Shown here in pieces: positions 53,161-64,000 of a DNA stretch of 64,000 nucleotides. The DNA comes from Octopus vulgaris. Taxonomy: Eukaryota. The translations under genes were made by a program, and so were the position numbers. The notes beneath the pieces were generated by a model. The model had not been told where the DNA came from. It searched no databases and saw only the letters and a list, made by a program, of their open reading frames with translations. Within the stretch, counting starts at the first letter, position 1. The number at the start of each line of letters is the position of its first letter. The DNA is taken from assembly GCA_951406725.2 (NCBI GenBank), contig OX597833.1, positions 22,134,001-22,198,000 on the forward strand, given 5' to 3'.

Positions 53161-55949
53161 GCCAACCCTTACTTGCTTTCAAGTAATGTAATATTTCTCC
53201 CTTGTCTGAACACATTTACCCAGATTTGGGAAAACAAATGATACCATTTGTATGGTGGTGGAACTCACTTACAACTATCTTGTAGTGTCAAAATGAGATG
53301 CATGCACATACATATAGCTAAAAATACATATATACATACACACATGCATAAATACACACATACATGAAGGGCTGCTTTTAGTTTCCATCACTCGAATCCA
53401 CTCACAAGGCTTTAGTCAATGTGTGGCTAAAGTAGAAGACACTTACCCATGGTGCCATGCAGTGGAACTGAACCTGCAACTATGCACTTTGAAAACAAAC
53501 TTCTTAACTAAACCAGTGCCAACACACACACACACACATATGCAAAGTTTAGGTTAGTTAAAATATGTTTCTCACATATTTCAACTGCTAAAAGGCAAAT
53601 TCATTGCAGTTACCATGGAGAAAATTTTTCTCTTATGGTATAAAGGTGAAAAAGCACCATATCTGTCTAGTGTTGCCAGCTATCAGGTTTCCCAAACATC
53701 AAAGTATCTAGTTCTTTAGCTGTTATCAATGGGAAATACCTAAAGGAGACAACTCTAGACAGACGTTGACAAAGCTATAGCTCTAACTAAAGTACAGTCA
53801 ACAACATTGACTGATTTGTGCTAGTATATGTCAAGGTCGTGGAAATTACCATAATATTAGCGCCAAGCAGTGTTTAGGCATAAACAAAGTTTAGGTTAGT
53901 TAAAATATGTTTCTTGCAAATTTAAACTGCTAAAAGGCAAATTCACTGCAGTTACCATGGAGAAAAATTCTCTGTTTTGGTAAAAAAAAGGTGTAAAAAC
54001 AACATATTTGCCACCAATTTGCCTTTTAGCCACTATTGATAATTATTTTGATGAAATAACAGTAAACTGGCTGACTGGCTGGCTGGGACTGACAGAATTA
54101 CAGGATTAATAATGATCTGGAATGTAACTTCAGACCAATGGCTATGCTGTTTACAGGATTAACTAATTACTTAACTGATTTGATAACAATACAGAAGAAC
54201 CAATAGCTGGATGAACAGGTCGATCATTGTAAAATTAAAAGGATCATGGATTAATGGATTGATTATAGGAAAGATGAATCAATAATTTAATTCATAGATT
54301 GATAAATGAAGAGTGTTAATTGATGTCTGGTTAAATGGATTAGTTTGTAATGAACAGATGTTTGGAATGAATAACTGATCACAAAATGAATTAATGACTG
54401 AATATATTGATCAATAACCATTAATTTTTTTTTTTTTTATTTTTGAGCCCAAGGATTCATAAGGTCAGACCAAGATAACAACATTCCCCTTGAATGGGGA
54501 TGCTAATCTACTGAAGGGTTCAAGACAAGCATCATTTTTGAGGGGAGAGGCAAGTTGATTACATTGAATCCTAGTACTTGACTGGTATTTTATTTTATCA
54601 ACTTAAGGGATGAAAGGCAAAGTTGACCTCAGTGAGATTTGAACTCAGAGCATAAAGAGCCAAGAGAAATGCTGCTAAGCATCTTGTTTGATGTATAACA
54701 ATCCTGCCAACTCAATACCTTACCAATGGATGAATGATAAATATTAGTGTAATAAAATAATGAGTCCTGTTTCAGCAATTTAGATTAAGTTTGTGTCAGT
54801 ATGGTACCTGTATATCTAGGTGAAACATGAGCAAAATCAGGGCAAATAATATCCCCACCCAACCACTGACAAGAAAAAAATCAACAAACAATAGCACAAG
54901 GTTAGTGTAATTATTACACTGCAAAGGAAGTAAAAAGAAAAGAAATCAATGTTTTGAACATCTGTCCTTTGTCAAGACAGAAGGAAGATGAAAGAAAAAG
55001 AAAACAATGATAGGAAAAATTGTCTTTTTCCTCCTTTTTCCTTCTATATTGACAAGGTACAATGTAAATGTCTCACCTGGATACACAATTACTGCACTGA
55101 CACAGATTTAACCCAGATTATCAACATACGAATATAATCCCCATCCTCATTATCATCTTATATCCACTTCCCCATGGGCTGGACAAGGTATCAAGGTTCA
55201 AAGTCAGTTTTTATTTGGAGTTACAAATCTGCTAGATAGATCAGAAACCATGTCTCACCTGTACATTCTAATTTGGCATCGTTTCTGAAGATTGATTTCC
55301 TCCCTGTAGCACCGACAAAGAACTTTACCTTATCATATAATCATTTTTTAGTTAGCATTTTAATGCTTCTTGCATTAAATGTGTTAACACTAATTTAAAT
55401 ATTATTTTTCATGCAGAATAGCATCTGTCATCATCATCATCATTATTTAACGTCTGTTTTACATGCCAGTATGGGTTAGATGGCTTGACAGGAGCCGGAA
55501 AGGCCAGGAGTCACACCCTTTTCTAAACCATAACATTTTCTGAATAAATAAATGCTATGTTGGTTGGAGAGGTGGATGGATAACTAGACATATTTATGTC
55601 ATCTTGGACAGATGATTGGATGAATGATTAGATCAATATCTATTGAAGAACTGAATCATTGAATGAATGGTTAGTTTAACATTTAGTTCAGCTGTAGAAT
55701 CAAGTAATGAATCAATGAAATAGCTATCAGATGGCTGGATCAAGAAATGAATGAATCAGTTGAATAGATTCCATAATGTATCAATGGTTGGTATTATTGT
55801 TATCGTTTAATCACCAGGTCAAACCTGATCAAGCAGACCTACAAGCAAAGACATTCCAACTGTGACCATCATGTCTTTTTCTTTTTAAGGATATCCATCC
55901 ATCTCTGCCCACTATTCCTGGAATAGTTATAGGGATTACGACAGCAGGG

Positions 55950-56290
55950 AGTCTTATCAGAAGCAATCATCATTTGACTTTCCTGCTGGATTCTCAAGTA
56001 TGACCAACAGAGACTATGAATATTATCCAACCATCTCGCTTTTTTTTGTTTTGTTTTTTTTTTGTCTACTCCTTGGTCTCCTGCCAGTAGCCTCTACTTG
56101 AAGAATTCATCTTGTGCTTCTTTCCTGTGACATTCTAACCAGAAATTTGTGGTACTAGAGTTGTGACCTTTCAGTGTAGAGAAATAACTGCTTGACCTGG
56201 AGACATTCCCTGGTCTCTGAGTTAATCACAGAGTCAAGTAATGCTACTCCAAAGATTCTTCAGAGGAACCCCATTTTGGCCACTGGTATT
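55950..56290 (-). mobile_element. RTE LINE C-terminal relic
   Basis: GFL*RIFGVALLDSVINSETRECLQV..LVRMSQER..ILQVEATGRRPRSR..RWLDNI. Confidence 0.75.
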
Positions 56291-56521
56291 AAGAATCTTT
56301 TGTTCTTTTACTTGTTTCATTCATTTGACTGTGGCCATGCTGGAGCATGGCCTTAAAGGGTTTTTAGTCAAAGAAATCAACCCAGGACTTAGGACTTATT
56401 CTTTGTAAGCTTTGTATTTATTTTATCAGTCTCCTTTGCTGAACTGCTAAGTTACAGGGATATAAACACACCAGCATCAGTTGTCAAGTGATAGCAGGGG
56501 GATAAACTCAGATACACACAC

Positions 56522-56568
<47 letters not shown>

Positions 56569-57138
56569 CATACATATATATATGTGGCAGGCTTCTTTCA
56601 GTTTCTATCTACCAAATCCACTCACAAGGCTTTGGTCAGCCTAACACTATAGAAAATATTTGCCCAAGTACCACATAGTGGGACTGAACCTGAAACCATG
56701 TGGTTGGGAAGTAGCTTCTTACCAAACAGCCATGTGGACTATATTATCTGGCATGTCACTTCATTTAGCCAAGATGACCAGCAGTTATTGAGGGACATTT
56801 GGCAGCTATTTCTAGCAAGTTATGTAACTGTTTGAAAGCTCTCTTGTTGGCTCAGAGCATCAGTGATTAAAAGGACAGGTCACTACAAGCTTACAAAAGA
56901 GAACACAAATTAGTTAATTTGCACTATTTTACAGAAGCCATGATCAATACTGATATCTCAAATGGCTATAAGGTACAAGCAGAGCTGTGAGGTAAGAAGT
57001 TTGCTTCCAAACCACATGGTTTAGGATTCAGTCCCTTTATGTGTCTCCTTGGATAAGTGTCTTCAATTACAGCTCCAAGCCAACCTAAGCTTTGTAAGTG
57101 GAGTTGGTAAATGGAAACCATAAGATATATATAAATAT

Positions 57139-57338
57139 ATATTCTTTAATAAACACAATATATGTTTTTATGTGCTATGATTAGTTTCATGTACTGAGAA
57201 CATGCCAAACATTGTTTTATAACACGCTTGGTATGCACAATCATCAGACACTGCCCAAATGGCATAACAAACTAGCCCTCAGCATATGAAACTAATAGCA
57301 GCACATAAAAAACATATATTGTGTTTATTAGATAATAT
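57139..57338. repeat. Foldback element with inverted arms of about 60 bp
   Basis: taataaacacaatatatgtttttatgtgct...tagtttcatgtactgag / ctcagcatatgaaacta...agcacataaaaacatatattgtgtttatta. Confidence 0.85.
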
Positions 57339-57400
57339 TTATCTCTCACCAGATGGAGTACTTTTTTTGTTGACCATCATGGAACAGTATACTATTTATA

Positions 57401-58271
57401 CACAGTGCAATTGGTAAATTGTTGCCGTTTTATATCTTTAATTTCACACATGTGCATTGATGATTGTTTTTGATTTTGTCAATTACACAGTATAGTAGAG
57501 TCAGTTGGGCACCATCTGTGAGAAAAACAGCACCATGACAGAATTCACTCTGCCAGAAATTTGGAAATGGCATGTAGTACTGCTTGACATTTGCACTGGA
57601 AGCTCCAGTACAAACAGATGGTGAACACACAGATCAACTGTTAGCTTGCTGTGTCCCCAAATCATGTACCAAGAGTGATAAAAATCAAACATCCAGTAAA
57701 CATCATGGTGTTCAGAATGATCACTAGCGATAGCGACGTTATGCCTCCATTCATCTTCCCACACAGCCTCAGACTCAACACTTAGGCCCGCATCAAGTGC
57801 CTGGAGGAGGTAGTGCTGCCCTGGGTCAAGAAGGTGGCTGCTGGAAAAACCTATGTCTGGCAACAGGACTCTGTACCATGCCACACAAACAGGAGAACAC
57901 AGTCATGGCTGTCACAATTTCTACAACCACATCTGGCCACCCTAACTCCCCAGACTGCACCCCTTGATTATTATGTGTGGGGCACAGTTGAGCAAAAGAC
58001 CATCAAAACTCCTTGTAACACCAAAGATAAACTGACAGCAAGGATTATGGCAGCATTGACCAACTTAAACAAGGAGACCATCCAGAAGAGTTGCAGGAGA
58101 TTCCTAAGTCGTCTGGAGGCTGTGGTTGGAGCCAATGGTGATTTTATTGAATAAATTTACTCTTTAGTATTTCAAGATATTTTTATATATAATTTTGGTA
58201 AATATATCTGTTGAAATGGTATGTCATTTTCATTTTTGCGTAATTTAGACAACAGTTTATTCATCGCACTT

Positions 58272-58275
<4 letters not shown>
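57401..58275 (+). mobile_element. Tc1/mariner-superfamily (maT/DD37D-like) element, internally deleted
   Basis: ORF 57813-58154 reads YVWQQDSVPCHT..TQSWL..PLDYYVWGTVE..CRRFLSRLEAVVGANGDFIE. TA-flanked imperfect TIRs cacagtgcaattggtaaattgttg / caacagtttattcatcgcactttgtg. Confidence 0.9.
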
Positions 58276-58324
<49 letters not shown>

Positions 58325-59657
58325 GTTTGTGTGTATGTATGAGTGTGTTTCTGTCTCTTTGCTTTGACATCTCATGATAACTGTGTCACCATCATGCAAG
58401 CAGTGTCCTTCATTCCTAATCTTCTATTAAAATATACTTGGTCATGGGGAAATATTACCTTACCTTGTCTCCAGAAGAAAGTCACTCACAGACACTTTGA
58501 TGGACCCAGAGCAGATGAGGTTCTTCAGCTCTTCAGCTGCTTATCTAAGAGAAGGTAACTCCATCCAAATCCTGCATTGTGATAACTACCGGGCTCATGG
58601 CACTTGCTGCGCCAGACCAATACAAGGTTGAAGGAAAGGTGAGTGAGACTGGCTTTGTACAAACCCTCCCCACTGCAATAATAAACCTCTGTTGCCTTTT
58701 AGCATAATTTATTGAGCATTTGAAAAGGCTAAGGGAGTAAACCCTTGTGAGAAAATCTTGTGGAGGGGTCCCTAAGGCAGATATGTACAGTCATACTTAA
58801 CCAATATACAGTGTCCCCTGCAGCTCCCTAGGTACTGCAAACATACTGACTTGTCTTTCTCATGGGGTGTATTCATGAACAGAAAATGGGGCTAGGAATT
58901 TGCTTTTGGAATCAGTCCAGGAACAGCTGAGGTGGTTAAGCTACTGTCTCTGAAAAACCAACAAAGCAAAAGGCCAACAATATTTGCCAAGGATCCACCA
59001 AGTTCAACTTTGCTTTTCATCCTTTTGGGAGTCAATAAAATAAGTACCAGTTGAGCACTGGGGGCCAATATAATCAACTTAAATTGGAATTGTTTGCCAA
59101 AATATGAAACTAATATTTGCTAAGGATAAAATACAATAGCAGAGGCAGAGTATACATCATTGGCAGGTTTGCTGACAAACTCTTACATAACAATACTCAA
59201 CTCCAGAGGATCACAATATGGTTTAATAAAACGAAGTTAAAAAGACTGTTTGAAGTGGAGAGATGGTAAATGTACTTGGGGCTTGGTACTTGCTTCTGGA
59301 AACATCTCAGGCACAGCAGAGGTGGTTAAGTTACTGTCTCCACAATACTATCAACCAATGACAAAGAAAAAAGGTCAACCACTTGACTGGTACTTTAGTA
59401 ACTCCAGAAGCTTGAAAGGCATAGTTTTCCTTCACAGGATTTGAACTGTTGTTAATTATTGATAACAAATCATTTTTACCTGTCTCTAATTTCTTCTTGT
59501 CACTTTTGTTTCATTCATAATATTCTGTTTCCTATCATGTCTCACATTTCTCAGCTCCATCTGAATCTTTCTTTCTCTCTTCCCATCTCTTTTTCTGCAT
59601 GATCCTTTTTTTTCTACACTCTTGTTTTCAAACCTTCCTTTTCTATCCCGATTTTCC

Positions 59658-59659
<2 letters not shown>

Positions 59660-59728
<69 letters not shown>

Positions 59729-60440
59729 CTTTCCAGTAATAGCAATAAAAATATCTATCTGAATATTTACTCATATATATCTTTATATATACACACACAC
59801 TTCCATTCTCTCTTTTAATACCTTTTTTACCAACCACACCTCATTTTGCACCTTTCATTTGCTCCTATTCTCATTTTTCTCAATATTTCAAATAGACAAT
59901 ATCTGTGTGTGTATGTGTGTGCGCGTGTGGTTATGTGTGTGTGTGTGTGAGTGTGCATGTGTTTGTGTATGTGTGTGTGTGTGTGTGTTTGTGTGTGCGT
60001 GCGTGTGGTTATGTGTGTGTGTGTGAGTGTGCGTGTGTTTTGTGTGTGTGTGTGTGTGTGCGTGTGTGTGTCTCCCTAGCTGATTGACTTGATTACCAGT
60101 TTGTCTTTTTGTCTATTTGTCTGTCTATCTATCTAACTACCTGTCTCTCTATCCTTCCATTCATCAGCGCATTTCATTGACTGTTTGTCTAAATCTCTCC
60201 TTTCTTTTCTCTCTCCCTCTCCCCCCCTCTCTCTCTCTCCCGTTATTCCATCAACTCACACTCATGTCCCAACCACAATAATCTTTTCTGCCTTTCTCTC
60301 TCTCTCTCTCTCTCTCTCTTCTATTTATCTTTTGTCTTCCAATTTATTCCACTCTATCTCAATGTCATTACACTAATGTTTAAAAACTGATCAAGCTGCA
60401 ACTCTCTCTCTCTCTCTCTCTCTCTCTCACTTTTTCTCTC
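59660..60440. repeat. (CT)n and (GT)n microsatellite cluster
   Basis: Direct reading. Confidence 0.9.
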
Positions 60441-60822
60441 TCCCTTTCTCATACATAGACAACATCTGATGCCCTCTCTCTAAACACTGTTTCCTCCCAC
60501 CCTCCCTAAAATCTTGTCTCCACCTCTTGCTCTTTTCTCCATTCATTTTTCCTTTCGCTTTCTCCTCCTAAAAAAAAAGTGACAGCCAGATGTGCCTAAG
60601 TGTTGTACACATGTATGTGTAAGAGTGTGTTCATGTGTGTGTGTCTGTGTGTGTGTGTGTGTGTGTGTGCTCAGCAACAGGAAGAGTTTCTGTGTGAATA
60701 TCAAGTAGACTAGGAGAGTCACACATCATCATTGTTGTTGTTGCTATTTTTGTAGTGCACAACAGACCAGCGTTGTTGTCGAAAGCTAATCAATACAACT
60801 GTAACAGTTATCAATGAGAGAA

Positions 60823-61272
60823 CACTACTAGTACTACCACCACTGCCACCATCACTACTACTACTACTAGCACCACAACTACTGCCACCACTACCACTAT
60901 CACCACCACCATTACTACTACTACTACTACAATACCACCACCAGCACTACCACATCTACTACTACCACTATCACCACATCTATTTCTACTACTACTATTA
61001 CTGCTACTGCTACTACCACCACCATCACAACTACTGCCACCACTACCGCTACTACTATCACTGCCACCATTACTACTGCTACTACTATTACTACCACCAC
61101 CACATCTACTACTACTACTGTCACCAAACTACCACCACCACTACCACTACTACCATCACTACAACTACAACAACTACTACAATTACTAGCTTTAATACTA
61201 ATACTAATATTACTACTACTGCTGCTACTGCTACTACCACCACCACCACCACTACTACTACTGCTGCTACTA

Positions 61273-61307
<35 letters not shown>

Positions 61308-61360
61308 ACTACTACTACTGCTGTTGCTGTTGCGCCCATTACTAATACCACTACCAATAT
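60823..61360. repeat. (CTA)/(CCA)/(CTG) trinucleotide tract
   Basis: Direct reading; source of the poly-S and poly-V pseudo-ORFs. Confidence 0.95.
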
Positions 61361-63692
61361 CATTAATGGTAATGTTTTTTTGTATGTACCACAAGGGCCC
61401 AAACACTTATAATGTTACAAAGGTGAAAGATAAAGAAGAAGAAGAAGAACAACAACAACAAACAGCAGAGCATTAGAAGGATGATATTGGTTGATATATG
61501 GATTAAAAGGTTGATATTGACAAATAATAAAGACACCTTGATAAATGAATAAATAAACAACTTTCTATTATAGTCAAGGCAGTGCTCCAGCATGGCCACA
61601 GTCTAATGACTGAAACAAATAAAAGATAAAAGATAAACAATAATGTTGAACAATAAATTAACAACAAGAAGGGGTCCTTAAAATAGCAGAGGCAAACAAA
61701 TATGTTGTGCGATTCTATGTACCCCATTACGTAAGCTTTGAGTACCCTGAGACATCAAAAACAAAAACCTTCTCCCACTTTTTGCTGCCTAACCACAGCC
61801 TCAGTTTGTAATAGACTCGTTTAGTCACTCTCACCCATGTTTTATTAAATTTGATAGAGGGCAGCACCTCTCTCTCTCTTTTGCTGACTCTCTCTACTTT
61901 CACTTTCCTTTTCATGTATGCAACTGCTATTGTTTCAGCTCATAGAGACACAAACAGCTCGTTCTCGTTCATTGAACACTAGATATTTTGATCATAAACA
62001 CTTGTGCTGTTGTAGTCTGCTGCTGCTGCTGCTATGGCAGAGGTGGTTCCCTGCCCTTGATACAGTCAATTCATTTGCCATGTGTTGGGTGCATATGTGT
62101 GTGTAATCAATGTGTGTATAGGAGTAAGGTGTATTTCATCACAATTTCTTAATTTTTATTTTAATTTTTTCGTTTATAGAGAAGAAAAAGAACTGTTGTT
62201 ATGACTGTTAGCTTTGGGTTAGCCCTGCTGATTGATCAAGTAAGACTTATAATAAAAAGCATTCCAACCATGACCACATCATCTTTTCATGTATCCATGA
62301 CTTCTTTATCCAATGTATCTTCCCATTTTTTTTAAGACAGTGGAGTAATTTGAGAGAGATTTGACAGCTATTTCTAGGGGATGGAGCAACCATGCAGAGG
62401 CTCCCTTGTTGACTTGTACATTGTGTCATGAATTAGCCCCAAGTCAGCAATGATTTAGTAGACCCTTAAACTGAATATCATGAAATTATACACCAGCATT
62501 TGTCTATTCCCCACCACCTCTCTCTCTCTATCTATCACTACAAAAATGGTCTCTGCTTTTCAGAGATAGCTGGTTTCACGCCCTCTCCACTTAGAAACTC
62601 CCAACACAAACTCTTCTCTTTTCCTCATCCAAATTGTTTCTTCTACCCCTCCCCAAACCTTGCATTTACCCACCAACCCCCAGTACTTTCTTCCCCAAAA
62701 CATTGATCCTTTGGATTTTCTTCCCTGCACATATCTTTCCTGCAGCTGTCAACTTGCGAATGTTCATTATCAATCACATTGGTTTCACCAGCCTCTGAAA
62801 AAAGTGAAGGCCATTGCCAGAACTATTTCCTCCAGACCAAACTACTAAGGAAGAAAAAAAGAAAAAGAGGGAACCATCACATAAGGCCAATGAGGAAATC
62901 CCCATATAATTCCCAGACTGCCCTGTTAACCAAAAGCTTGTACCTTCTTCCCAAAATTCTATCCACAACCTAAAAGTACATATTCAGAGCATGACCACCC
63001 TCTCAGATCATGCTGGCCATTCCCACCTCCTTACCTACCTTTCAACAAGTTTACAGAGTAGGTGACACTTCACTCTCCACCCTTGTGTCTATGTTAGACA
63101 CATGGGCCTCATATTTAGAAGAAGGGATATAGACCACCATATTTGATAGTTATTTTATCAACCCTGACAAAATTAAAGTCCTTCTTGTGATTCAAAATGC
63201 AGACCATAACACAAAATAGTAAAGACTTTTGTCTGCTTCTCTATTGATTCTATGGATCCAGTTTTAATAATAATGATCCTTTCATCTGTAGACACAAGTC
63301 TTGAAATTTTGGGTTAGGGGGCTAGTCAATTTTGTTGAACCCAGTACTTGACTAGTACTTATTTTATCCACCCCCAAAAGGATGAAAGGGCAAGTTGACC
63401 TCAGAAAGTAAAGCCAGATGAAATTTCCGAAAGCATTTCACCCAGTGTAGGCACAAGGCCTGAAATCTTTTAGAGGAGGAGGATAATTAATTACCTTGAT
63501 TTCAGTACTGAACTAGTACTTATTTTATCGACCTAAAAGGACGAAAGGCAAAGTCAACCTCTGCAGCACTTGAACTCAGAACATAAAGAACCAGAAGAAA
63601 AGCTGCTAAGGATTTTGTCTAGCATGGAAACAATTATGCTCTCCTCATCCTCCTCCTCCTAACAATAATATTAATACTACTACTACTACTAC

Positions 63693-63740
<48 letters not shown>

Positions 63741-63884
63741 TAATAATAATAATAATATCAGGTCATTAAGAACCAAATGTCTGATTTTCTTATGCACCAA
63801 GTTTGGTGTTAACTCCATTGTTTTATCCTGACAATTCTTTGTTTTACAACATTGAAGAGTTACACCATCACTTTCCGAAATGCA

Positions 63885-64000
63885 ATTCATGGTGTCTGAT
63901 TATATTATGAGTTCAATCTTGAAAATCAGCCCCATGGTAGACCTGAGACCAAGGTGGATAATGATGAGCTGGAAACTGTAGTGAAAGTGGATACATCTCA
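63885..64000 (+). mobile_element. Mariner transposase fragment, runs off the window
   Basis: FNLENQPHGRPETKVDNDELETVVKVDTS matches the mariner LExxxxxGRPxxVDNDxLxxxVExD linker. Confidence 0.7.

Noticed and set aside
61725-61735. TTACGTAA bZIP-type palindrome and nearby Sox-like ATTGTT motifs
   Set aside because: Short motifs are expected by chance in 64 kb of AT-rich DNA; no independent support.

Overview
This is AT-rich, repeat-dominated eukaryotic DNA, probably intronic or intergenic. The SINE families, RTE LINEs and very dense microsatellites suggest a coleoid cephalopod such as Octopus (inference). No intact host protein-coding gene can be supported, and almost every ORF in the track is a microsatellite or repeat read-through. 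Recognisable content: dozens of copies of about four SINE or SINE-like families, RTE LINE fragments, an R4/Dong-like LINE end, several Tc1/mariner relics and MITEs, a Tigger/pogo relic, hAT-like MITEs, two non-autonomous Helitrons, a Penelope-like (Neptune-type) GIY-YIG relic and a decayed tRNA-Gly(GCC). The most interesting signal is a non-coding element family carrying type I hammerhead-ribozyme (HHR) motifs. A young locus at 13889-15745 has three complete HHR copies, a 641-nt HHR-to-HHR tandem period and a 1048-bp near-perfect palindrome centred on (TA)n. A diverged relative at about 20230-20765 shows three compensatory base-pair changes in HHR stem I. Both loci sit in TA-rich microsatellites and share a non-canonical core. 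I read this as a retrozyme-like, non-autonomous Penelope-associated element. Several more decayed HHR-like inverted structures are scattered through the window. Boundaries of old repeats are approximate.
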